Of a stretch of 64,000 nt of DNA, positions 51,101 to 62,482 are shown one piece after another (the stretch's first letter is position 1; each line of letters begins with the position of its first letter). The translations under genes were made by a program, and so were the position numbers. The DNA comes from Macrostomum lignano (Eukaryota). The notes under the pieces are model-generated. The model saw only the letters and a list, made by a program, of their open reading frames with translations, was not told the DNA's origin and did no database searches. Location: contig NIVC01003182.1 in NCBI GenBank assembly GCA_002269645.1, positions 1 to 64,000 of the forward strand, in the 5' to 3' direction.

Positions 51101-52278
51101 TTTGTAGGATGTATGCATGGCATCAAGCGTACATGCACTACACTGTATCACGTGCAAAGTAACGGACTAGTCAAAAGATTCAATAAGCAGATAAAGTTAA
51201 TAATAACTTGTCTAGTAGAGAAAGATCATTCCAATTGGGATTTGCTAATTCCCACAGCTTTGGTAGCTGTGGGCACTAGTGTGAACCAGACCACTGGATT
51301 CACCCCACACTACCTGCTATTTGGTAGGGAGGCAGATCTTAGGATAGACACTAGACAGTATTATTCGAAGGCCAAAGCAGTATCACGATTATCTGAGCTA
51401 TGTGCTAAACCATGCTGAAAGGCTCGAAGAAGCACAGAAACTCGTGCAGAAGAAGCTAGAGACGGTAAAGGACCGTAGAGAGGAGGACAATGCTGAGAAC
51501 AAGCCACCAAAGCATGTACCGGTTGGATGCCTCGCATTCATTAACAATTCGCAATTACACAGTGAAGAAAGCCATAAATTTCACCGCAAGAAAAGAGCAG
51601 CATTCAGAGTCCTTGCAAGACTTTCCAAAACAGTATTTTGAGTAATATTTCGGGCAAACACGAAGATGCAGTCCAGTTTTTCAGATATACAATTGAACTC
51701 CCTGCAGCTCCATAGACCCGTCGATCACACCTCTCCAAGTCAATCTTGAGTTAATACCGCAAAGAATATATATTGCAAGCTAGAATGGACGACGATTTAG
51801 ATAATTTCTAAAAGGATTTGCTGGATGACTCCATGGATGAATTAGCCGCCGCCGCCGCAGCAGACCAGCCAGCTGAATGGCCAGCTGAGCCTCCAGCGCA
51901 GCCTCCAGCGCTGCCAGTTCGACCTCCAGACCAGCCGGCTGAGCCGCCAGCTGAGCCACCAGCTGAGTCGCCAGTACCGTCAGCTCGGCCACCAGCTTCA
52001 TCAGCAAATCAGCCTGCAGCAACGTATGCGCCATCAACCAACCGATCGGCACCTGACATTGAGGAGGCGCCATTGCGAGCTCCAACAAGACCGAGAGTCC
52101 TATCAGGAACAGGCAAGTGACCGCCGGCCGCTGAACAATCATCAATTCCAGCCAAGAGGGCCGCTCTTCTGGATGCTCAAGCAAAGGCACCAATCAAGTC
52201 CTTGGTCGTAAGACCATGCGCCGAAGAAGAGTGGCGCACCTTTCAGCTTAAGACTTAAAGACTTCTTCATTTCCTAGC
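45143..52278 (+). mobile_element. Decayed Ty3/Gypsy LTR retrotransposon lacking a visible 3' LTR
   Basis: Candidate 5' LTR TG...CA 45143-45830 and PBS-like TGGTGGCAGCG at 45841. Gag remnants 46978-47635 with CCHC (CYNCGKIGHIAKQC). Protease FLLDTGAG near 47990. RT 48783-49745 (YIDD). RNase H 49746-50135 (LDTDAS). Integrase ~50520-51420 (HHCC, HIDLIGP, TDNG). Multiple stops and frameshifts. Confidence 0.92.
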
Positions 52279-52939
52279 ATAAATAAATAGTATAAATAGT
52301 AAATAGTATATATAATAAATAAGTAATAAATAATATATATAATAAATAAAATTCTTTAGTAGACAAATTTAATAAAATGCCTCAGATATAATCATAATAA
52401 GTTTTTCCTAACAAATTTTATAAGCTTGATAGGCATAGCTGCTTAACATATATTATTTCACTAATAATAATGCCAAAGTCTAGCTACCACTAACACTAAG
52501 CAAATATACTAAATTCATTACCCAGAATGTATGCATACAATTATAAATAGGTAGGCCTAGTTTTATTATCTTGTTGAGAACTTTCATTTTCTAATAGAGC
52601 TTCCAATGTTTATATTGTAGGGGTATTTACTTATATAAGATTGGCTTTCACTGATTCAGTGTAGAATTTAGTAAAAATTTTATATATAGTATATGGATTT
52701 CACTTGCTTTATATTCTAATAATGTCATTGAATTTTAAGATAAAAATATTTATTTAGGCCTATTATTTAATCAAAATACACCAATCTGTATATTACTATG
52801 CAATGCAATGCGTAGGCCTAGCCATCATAAGGATTATAATTTATACATAATTAATTTGGAAAACAAAATAATTGGCAACTATGAAGTTGCATTAATAAAA
52901 TTATTTTGACTGGATAGGAAATAGCATTACAAAATAAGT

Positions 52940-53672
52940 CATAATGGGTGCTGACTAGTTTGGTGACAAAAAAATTTGGCGACAGAGATTCATTATGAAC
53001 TAATTTGGCAAAAGCAAATTTGGCAACAATCAAAGCAAATTTGGCAACAATTAATGAACGAAAAACAATTCATATGATTTGGATAATTCCTTTTATAGAA
53101 TAGTATTCTGCAGATTAGCTTTCCTTTTTTAACTAAGTTTGTTTATCTATCATAATTTATTCTTATTGAGTTTTGTTTTTTCCAAGAAATTTTGTTAATT
53201 TTATGCTGAGCAGGCCTCGTAAGCAAAAACCTTTAGGACTTGGAAAAAATGAGAAAAATGATTTTCTTGTATGTCTAATAAGGTCTTTCTATTGTTTACA
53301 ATTTTGGGAAAAAATTGCAAAATATGCCATGCAAATAAAAATAGAAAAATTAAAATATGTCAAGTGGCCCCCATTTACCACTCACATTTCTCAAGATGTG
53401 GGATTTCCAATTTAACAAAACACTTTTTTGGTTACTTCAACACGCTTATAATGTGCGCATTTATTTCACATTTTTTAAACTTTCATGTGTATTGTAAGAA
53501 AGCCTTTTTACATGTAATTTGCTTTAACTTGTCTTTATAGACTAGCTATGAAAAAAATGTGTCACCAAATTTGCCTAGATTGTTGCCAAATTCGCTTTTG
53601 CTTTGCCAAATTAGTCTATTTAGAATCTCTGTCACCAAATCTATTTGTTGCCAAATTTGCATGCATCCGTCA
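52940..53672. mobile_element. Foldback/MITE-like element with ~110-bp imperfect TIRs built from aatttggcaaca sub-repeats
   Basis: tttggtgacaaaaaatttggcgacagagattc...ctaatttggcaaaagcaaatttggcaacaatc matches the reverse complement of 53560-53670. Confidence 0.7.
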
Positions 53673-56600
53673 TAATAGGGGCCTAAATTATATTAAATAA
53701 GAATGAATTAGTTAGGGCCTAGGCCTAGGGCCTATTCAAGTATTCCCTATTCAATATAAAAAGATTTACAAATTTTAAAGGATTAATGGCTAAGCCTGAC
53801 ATTTTAATTGCTGCCATGACAAAATCTGCAAAAGCAATATTATATAGGTCTATTGAGAATTTATTATAAAAAGCAGCAACATCAAGTTACTATCATAGAT
53901 CATAGATGCAGTGTTAGAAAGATGCTCATTGCTCAAGCTCAACTTAGGCCCTAGTTTAAATAGTATAAAATAAAAGTTTGGTGACATAGATTAGGGCCTA
54001 CAGCTATAGCCAGGCCCTAGGCTAAGGGAAAAATGGTGAGATAAATATGCAGAATATTTGGCTCTTAACGACTAGATCTAGATCTACAGATCTAGATCTA
54101 GATCTACAAAGGTGTAGGGCCTACTGTACACCCTATTCATGAACGCATAAAATTCAAAAAGCAAAACTATTTAAATAAACAACAAACTTTTTTGTCATTT
54201 CTTTTATTTCCTGTGCATTTGAGTAGGGCCTATACTTTTTCAAAGCATTCTTCTGAAAAGCTACGAGCATACGCCAAGTAAGCGAAATTTCTAAGAAACT
54301 GTCATTTTAAATTTATGGATTTCTAACTCCCACGGTCGACAGCAATTAGATTCAGCAGTTGACTTTTAACAACTTGCAGTGCAAATTCTATTATTTTTTC
54401 TTTAAAAAAAACCAACAGGATTTTTGTGCCACAGATGAGGTTTAAAAGTGCATTCTGTTCTTAACCAAGACAAGAGAGTCATTGAAATGTGTTAGTTCCA
54501 TTGATGGAGCTATAATTGCTGGCGAAGGCGGAGAGAAATCCTCGCAAAATTTATTTTTAGTCTGCAATGACAGGCCGGGAAATGGCTGTTTATTTCACTG
54601 CTTTTTACTATTCAAGTCACCAATTCAGCTTCATCACTTCTTTGATGAGGTCGTAACGACTCAAGCTGCAGAAAGCTGCAAAAATGCGCATAAACAATTG
54701 ATCACGGGTTCATTGATCTGAAGTAATTTTAAGCATTAGCAGCAGAGCATTGGCAGACGCTGCACTGCCAATATCTGCCATGCAGGTTGCAGGATGAATG
54801 CGAGCATATCATTTCGATTCTGCGGCACTACCATACATTACAGTAGTTTATAATGTCTTGAGTTCAATTCGATTATTTTAGAAATCGAGAAGCTATTTTT
54901 ATTGTGCGAACCAATTGCGCGAATCGCTTGCGTGCATGGTAGGGTTTTGCACATAATATTATGAGTGTAAAATGTAGAATGCAAGCTATAGCTATACATG
55001 TAAATACTATCACGTACACAGTAATTCAGTGTTCTGTTGTTGAATTAACGAACGCAAAAACAAGATAGATAATTATCCGGGCGCTCGGTGGCACCAAAAG
55101 AAGGGGCTTGGCCAATAGGAGGGCGGCTCGTATATTTATGCACGCGGGGAAGGAAAGTTCTAGAAAGACCGGGGAAGGAAACTTCTGGAACTATGCGTAA
55201 ACAAGTCCGCGGTGGAAGTTTCTAGAAACGCTGTCCCCGAACTACCCCTACGCATCGCATGCCTTTGCAATACACAACATTCTTCCCCTCCTTCAAGGAG
55301 TCCAACAGTCCCCAAGCTTCACTTTAATCAGTCCCAGCGGCAGTTCATGAAGCGTATCGGCGGGTGCCTGGCTCGCTCAGATCGGCGGGGCGCTGCTGTT
55401 CTTGCCGGAGGCTCCGCCGCCGGTGCCGCCGGTGCCGCCGTGCCGGCTCCGGTCGTTGGCGCCGAGTCCACCAGTGGGTCGAACCGCTCTCTCGGCTGCG
55501 CCGGGTGCGGCGTTCGGATCAGCCGCTGCTGGTTCCATCTGGTGCCGTCGCTGAGCTCGACCGCGTGGTGTCCCGCCTGACGGAGCACTTGTAGTGGCCG
55601 TGAGAGGCGGGTACCCAGCTTGCCCTTCTTGGTGGGCCGTCGGATTCTCACCCACTCGCCGGGGTGGAACGTCTCGGGGCGGGCCCTTCGCCTGGCATCG
55701 GTGTAGGCCTTGATCCGCTGCTGCCGCGCCTCTATTTGCCGCCGCAGTGCCTGAGGCGTCGCCTCGGTCGTTGTCATTCCCCCTCCGGGAGACAGCATGG
55801 TGATCGCGGTGCGCCACTTCCGACCCAGCATGAGCTCGGCCGGTGACTTGCCCGTCAGGCTGTGCTTGGAGCTCCGGTAGGCAGACAAGAAGTTGGTCAC
55901 GGCGTCTTGAAACGGCCTGTTCTCCGCCATGGCCGCTCTGATGCTGGCGAGTAGCGACCGATTGAGACGCTCCGTCTGGCCGTTGGTCTGCGGATGGTAG
56001 AGGCTGGTCTTGACGTGCCGGATGCCCTGCTCGGCCAGGAAGTCCGAGAACTCGCTCGATGATGCCGTCCTTCTCTATCTTGTCGAGTTCGGCACCGACC
56101 TGCTCCTGTCGCATGAGGGGCAGGCGGCGGAGTGGCTGCTGGACGGGTCGCACTGCTGGGTCGACCTTGGGCTGGTGTACAGCGCCGGCGCAGCATCCTA
56201 TCGCACCGCTGAAGGTCGTTGGGTACCGCGCCTGCAAGTCTGCCGTCAAGTCGCTGACCTCCGCGATTCCGGGCGGCTGCCCGCTAAGGTCGACTCGGAA
56301 GCCCAGCTTCTCCATCAGGTCTCTACCGACGATGTTGTCGCCGCCTGGCGCAACGAAGAACCGGTGCTGCATCGCCTTGTCGCCGTAGCGCACCTCCAGC
56401 TCGGTGACACCACTTAGCTGGATTGGCAGTCCGCCGTAGGCACGCAGCTTCGTCGTAGTGGGAGAGGTGACTGCACCTGAGATCCGGTCGGCGGTCTGTC
56501 GGGACAGCAGCGATACCCTTGCGCCGCAGTCCACCATCAGGCTGACAGCGGTCCTGTCCGGTCCGAGTTCCAGCGTCGCCCGGACCTCCCTGTCGCCACC

Positions 56601-57684
56601 CGGCACTGCGTAGACTGTGATCACCTCGTCCGCGGCATTGACAGCAGCCTGCTGGCTGCGACAGCAACTCCGGAAGTGGTTCTTCTTGCCACAGGCGTCG
56701 CATGTCTTGCCCTTGGCCGGACAGGGGGTCGTCGGTCCGTGGTCTCGCCCACAGCGTGTGCAGGCGCCGCCGGGTTTGGCCGTCCTGCCAGCTGGTGCTG
56801 GGCGGTGCCTCCCCTTTGCAGCGACCTTCTGGCCCCTCGGCTGTCGGATCGATTGGACGGCTGCCGTGCTCGAGGTTGATGGCGCCATCGCCTTGGCTTC
56901 TTTGGAGGCTTCCTCGATGGAGACCGCGATGCTGAGTGCTTTCGCCAGGTTGAGGTCCTCCACCTTCTCCGTCAGCAGCCTCTCTCGGATTCTGGGGTTA
57001 CTGGTCTTCTCAGCCAGCTGGTCTCTGATGAGATCGTCCTGTATTGCGCCGTAGTTGCACAGCTCCGTCAGCTCCCTCAGGGCTGCCACGAAGGTCTTGA
57101 CGTCCTCGCCGGGTAGCTGCTGGCGCTGGCGGAAGCGATATCTGGCTACCATCACGTTGGGCTTCTCGCCGAAGATCTTCTCGAGCTCCGCCTTAGTTGC
57201 TGCGAACGTGTCGTTCTCCTTGATTGCTTGGCGTGCTCGAGCAACCCGCTGACCTTCGAATCCAAGCAGATGGAGCAGAAGGCTCCTCTTCAGCGGTTTC
57301 GCCTCTTCCTTCCCTTCGGGCTCCTTGAATTGGGCCGCCTCGTAATAAAATTCAAAGGCCTCAATCCATCGGCTCCATGGTACTGTCGGTGATCCGCAGT
57401 TCGCCAGGAAGGGCGTGGGTGCAGGGATGCTAGCCGCCATCCTCGTCGCCAATGTTCTGTTGTTGAATTAACGAACGCAAAAACAAGATAGATAATTATC
57501 CGGGCGCTCGGTGGCACCAAAAGAAGGGGCTTGGCCAATAGGAGGGCGGCTCGTATATTTATGCACGCGGGGAAGGAAGGTTCTAGAAAGACCGGGGAAG
57601 GAAACTTCTGGAACTATGCGTAAACAAGTCCGCGGTGGAAGTTTCTAGAAACGCTGTCCCCGAACTACCCCTACGCATCGCATG

Positions 57685-58624
57685 TAGGGATTCCAATCCC
57701 GGGATCCCGGGATCCCGGGATCCCGGGATTGGGGCCAAAAATCCGGGATTTGAATCCCGGGATTTTTTTGGGAATCGAATCCCGGGATTTTTAATCCCGG
57801 GATTGCAAAAGACCGGGATCGGGATCCCGGGATTTCAAGGCCTTAATCCCGGGATTGGTCCGGGATTAGAACGACCTTTCAATGCCTAAATTAGATAATT
57901 TAAAGTCTAAACGTTTATTTGAATAATAAAACATTTATTTGTTTTTGCTGTTTCTCAATGAAACGTTAAACATTTGCAAAGCTCCTGTCCTAATTGAGCT
58001 AAAAATTGTTAATGTGAACTGTAAATGATAGATAATTTTAACTTTTTTTCGTTTTCTACCACGAGACGAGACTGAGGGCCTTTTCATATTGCTTGCTCTG
58101 GTTCCAGAACAAGAACCAATTTGTGAAGTATAAACTTTTTGTCTCCATAACTAGAGGGAGATACGTGCTATAAAGTTTTTATTATTGAATGACAGTCGCC
58201 AAGAAGAAAGTGAAAAATTGTGCTAAGTGAGGCTGTTAAGGCAGTCAAATATTAACAGAGTTTAATAGTTATACTGCTGTTTTTCTTCGAATTCCGAACC
58301 AATTCTGGTTCTGGAATTGGTAATATGAAAAGGCCCTGAGACTCTGAGAGTCGCGAGACCATGACTACTGCACGCGGCACGCCGCACAGTCCGTCTAGCA
58401 ATTTAGGGATTCCAATCCCGGGATCCCGGGATCCCGGGATTGGGGCCAAAAATCCGGGATTTGAATCCCGGGATTTTTTTGGGAATCGAATCCCGGGATT
58501 TTTAATCCCGGGATTGCAAAAGCACCGGGATTCCGGGATTTTGAATCCCGGGATTTCAACAGCATCGGGATTTCGGGACTATTCAATCCCGGGATTGTAA
58601 AATGTCGGGATTTTGGAATCCCTA
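57685..58624. mobile_element. hAT-type MITE (TIR TAGGGATTCCAA, 8-bp TSD ATCGCATG) inserted in the LTR
   Basis: TSD at 57677-57684 and 58625-58632. Dense subterminal atcccggg repeats. A second internal copy of the left end starts at 58385. Confidence 0.93.
58074..58337. mobile_element. Small MITE nested inside the hAT MITE
   Basis: 16-bp inverted repeat agggccttttcatatt (58075-58090) / aatatgaaaaggccct (58322-58337), flanked on both sides by gagact. Confidence 0.65.
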
Positions 58625-59670
58625 ATCGCATGCCTTTGCAATACACAACATTCAGCACATAATGTAAATTCTCGAAATTTAACAAATGTATTTAAAATTT
58701 AAGCAAATCCGGCTTTCTCCGTCTATGTACGTACACGTACGTGGTGAATGATATGCAACAAAACAATGACGTGTAATTAATTTAGCTAGAAATTCGGCAC
58801 TCGATCGACAGACACTAAGCGACACTAAGCGTAACCCTGTACCGAATATTGTTATTTTGTTATAAAAAGGTACGAGCTAGAACCATATTTATTTCTTTGA
58901 TGGCTATAAAGAAAGAAATTTAGAAAATTAGAACTCATAATGATTAATCAAAATATATCTACTAAAGAACTATAATAAGTGCTTTTTGAAAAGCGGCGCA
59001 TTTACTTAATAGACAGGGTCCATAAAAATCGGACAATAGACAATTTTGCATTGTGCTTACCACTTAAAAAAACACTATTGAATGGAGTGTTCAAGTGTTG
59101 AACTTAATTCGCTTTTTTATTTTTGCCAGCTAGTAAGGCACTATATTATAAACACGCGAAACAATTAACACCTAAAAATTTATATGAATAATCTGCGACT
59201 AGACATACAAACAGAACCTTACACAGACTTATAGTATAAGCAGAAGAAATAGTTTAAGTCAGAAAATTATAATATAGACAGCAATGCAATTTTAAATATC
59301 TACTGAAAGTAGCAAAGTGTGCGTGTAAGCATTTAGATTACAGTAAGTAAAGCATTAAAAAAGGGTGCAAAAACCACTGTCTCATATGCTGGTACAACTA
59401 AAAATATATTTATTTGCATAGCTATCTTTTTGTCTGAGACAGGAAATCCATAAAAACGTTACAAGTTTAATATGAGTTAGTAAGGACGGAATGATATCGA
59501 AGAATTGTTATCAATTCGAATGTTTAATTACACTAAAATCTGGAAAAAAATTATAGGCGGGTATTTGTATCACTAAAATTTAGTAGATCGAAGACAGGCA
59601 ACAACACAAACAAAATTTATAGTTTTTATAGTTGAACTGGTCAATATAAGACACTGCTACTCTCTGCTCA

Positions 59671-62482
59671 CTACTGCTGCTTGATGTGCTTAGCGTGCAT
59701 ATCCTGGGCCACCTGGTACACGTGGCTAATGTCCGGCCTGGCGTCCGGGTTGGAGCTGATCATCGTCACCACCAGTTCGCGGAGCTGAGAAGCAAAAATC
59801 AGGTTTTGCTAGCTCTACTTCAGATAGAAAATTTTAATCAAGAATTCTACGGAATAACGAAAACTATTTGCATACTACTATTAGCATTTTCTAATCTTGA
59901 TATCTGTAAAAAGATAATTGTTCGCCTCTGAGCAGATTTTTCTTTTTACCTCGTTCGAGTAGATATCAGCGGGCAGCGGTGGATAATCGCACTGTTCGAT
60001 TTTTTTGCACAGCGAATACAAATTCATTTGCTCCCCATAGAACGGGCTCTGCAACGCGGCCATCTCGTACAGCAGGCAGCCGAGGGACCACATGTCCGAT
60101 TTGAAATTGTAACCAGTCTCGTGGATCCGCTCCGGGCTCATGTAATAGGGCGTACCGACTGCGGGAGAACAAAATATTACACATATTCAGCTTCGTAAAA
60201 ATGTGTTTTTGAAACATATCGCCCGAATAAAAATATGATCTTGTATAGTATGAACTTCTGGTGGTTCTTTGGATAAATATCGCCAGTGATAATATTTATT
60301 TTTAATACACATCGCCAGCGATAATTATTATTTTGGATACCTATCGCCAATCATAAGAATTAATTTCGATACATATCGCCAACGATAATAATTAATTTCG
60401 ATACATATCGTCCAAGTTGAAATCGTAATTAATAATTCTAATTTACCAAGCGAATGGGCGTTGGTTGTCTTGGAGCTGAAGAACCGGCCAAGACCCAGGT
60501 CGCCCAGCTTCACCTGACCAGTGGCCGTGATGAAAACGTTGGCCGGTTTGATGTCTGAAAATCGTATTTTGATTAGCCATTTAACAAAAATCGAGATGAT
60601 ACTACTAACTACTGTAAGTAGCGAAAAATACTCGTAGTAGCAGAATAGTCTCCGAACCTCTGTGCATAATTCTTTTAGAGTGCATGTGATCCAGGCCGCT
60701 GCAGATTTGCACAAAATATTTCCAAATTGTTCTTTCAGGAATCAGCCGTTGCTGCTTTTTGAAGTGCTGGAAATGAGGAATTCAAACTGAAATTACGATT
60801 ACTGTGCATATATATTTATTTATTAATCTATGAAACATACATGCGCAACCTCCAAAATTCGGTCGGCCATGCGACCTAGTTTTAACAAAAATGCGACGTA
60901 GTTTTTGGCCAAAAATGCGACTTACATGTAAAAAAACACTAACGCTAAGTTAACGCAACTTTGGGTAAACGACAGGAGTAACTATGACTGTCTTATAAGG
61001 TCAAAATGCCTCGTCAGCTACTTAGTACTATTACTTTGGTATTTTTTTTTGGGTGGGCATTTTTGCGACTTCCTTGGTTGGCCGCCAAATCGGTCGGCCG
61101 GATCGGCCGACTGTTGCGCATGTATGCTATGAAATAAAAATAAAAATTACGAATTAAACGAAAAATGAACAGTCGACCAATTTACAAATCAGTGAACTAA
61201 ACAGAATTGCTCTATTTGCTCTATCAATTTTTAATCAATCTATTATTGTACCAACCCGCTAATCAATTCAATCAATTAATCAGTCACTCGATTGGTCAAC
61301 AAAACAACTAAATAATTAGTTTAATGATCAGTGAATCGTACAAATAATCAGTCAATCACTTAACCATTCAATCAACTAATCAGCCAATTGACCAATCAAT
61401 CAATTAATCAGCCAATCAATCAATTAATTGATCAACCAATCAATCAGCAAGTCAATAAACCAATAAACCAATCAGCAATCAATCAATTACTCAACCAGCC
61501 AGTCAATGAATCAATGAATCAACTAATCAGCCAATCAATCAATTAATAAACTAATCAATCAGCCAATCAATAAACCAATCAGTCAATCAATCAGCCAATC
61601 AATTAATTAATCAACCAATCAATCAATCTACTAATCAACTAATCAATCAGCCAACCAACAGATCAACCAATAGATCAAAAAAGAAACCAGCAAATCAACT
61701 ATACCATGAATCAGTTATCCAATCAAACGCAAACCAGAACAAACTTCTCTAGGATAAAGAAGAAGTACTCTGTCAGCGCAATCACGAACCCTGATCATTC
61801 GCGATAGGTCGCCAGCGTCAGCCAACTCCAGCACGATGTTGAGCTCGTTGTTCTCAATGAAGGAAGCCAAGTAGCGAATGACATTCGGGTGGTCAAGTTG
61901 CTGAGGGAATAGAATGAATGGGGAATCTTCTAAGCATTGCAAGCACTCACTATTTCCAGGTACACAACCTGATACATTTCACGTGTGAATATTGTAATAT
62001 TACAGTAATGGCATTCCTCAGAAATTCCTCCTAAAGTTGTTAGAGAGGCTTAGCAATACAAGTAGTGTAGAAATTTTAAAGTTTTGTTTCAACCCTTCCA
62101 TAGTGGGTATGGGCATTAACCCCTTCCACAGTGTCTTTTTGGTGGTACCATACCTTCAAAAGATCAATTTCCTTGATGCAGTCTTGCCTAGCCTTGGCAT
62201 CCATCATTTCAAAAATCTACAAGATAATAAAATTGAAGAAGGCAGATTAGAGAAACACAAAAGTTAAATAAAACTAATTAAACCATTTTAGCATTGCTTA
62301 GCAGTTATAAATAATTTTACCTGAACTTTTTTCAATGCAATCACACAGCCATCTTCTTTGCAGATTGCCCGCCAAACTTCACTAAATTGGCCCTTGCCAA
62401 TTTTCTTGTCAATATTAAACTTGTCTAGTGAGCCATATTTATTCTGAGGATCATAGCTTGGCACTGTGAAATCAACTTCCAT
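59671..62482 (-). CDS. NEK7: NIMA-related kinase NEK6/NEK7-like, 7 exons, ~291 aa
   Basis: Exons 62482-62321, 62216-62154, 61900-61790, 60766-60658, 60554-60447, 60158-59950, 59784-59671; all phase-consistent. Motifs [71 protein letters not shown]6 versus NEK7 is not resolved. Confidence 0.95.
60836..61126. mobile_element. Small MITE-like element in a NEK intron
   Basis: Perfect 14-bp inverted repeat catacatgcgcaac / gttgcgcatgtatg, which can be read as TIR CATGCGCAAC with a TA duplication. Confidence 0.55.
61210..61690. repeat. Degenerate (AATC)n microsatellite in a NEK intron
   Basis: aatcaatcagccaatcaatc pattern over about 480 bp. Confidence 0.85.

Larger units (their letters stand above)
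55030..58650 (-). mobile_element. Young non-autonomous Gypsy (Mag-like) LTR element with internal pol deletion
   Basis: LTRs 55030-55279 and 57453-57684 plus 58633-58650 (250 bp, TG...CA, one visible mismatch). TSD TTCAG. PBS TGGCGACGAGGATGG. PPT GAAGGAGGGGAAGAA. Gag with double CCHC and protease VDCGA, then a jump from the RT start (DGIIER) into the integrase C-terminal half (YHPQTNGQTER). Confidence 0.95.

Noticed and set aside
54480-54860. GC-richer island with short ORFs
   Set aside because: No frame stays open convincingly and no motif was recognised.
57635-58685. ORFs rich in PGI/RDPG
   Set aside because: They are translations of the atcccggg subterminal repeats of the hAT MITE.
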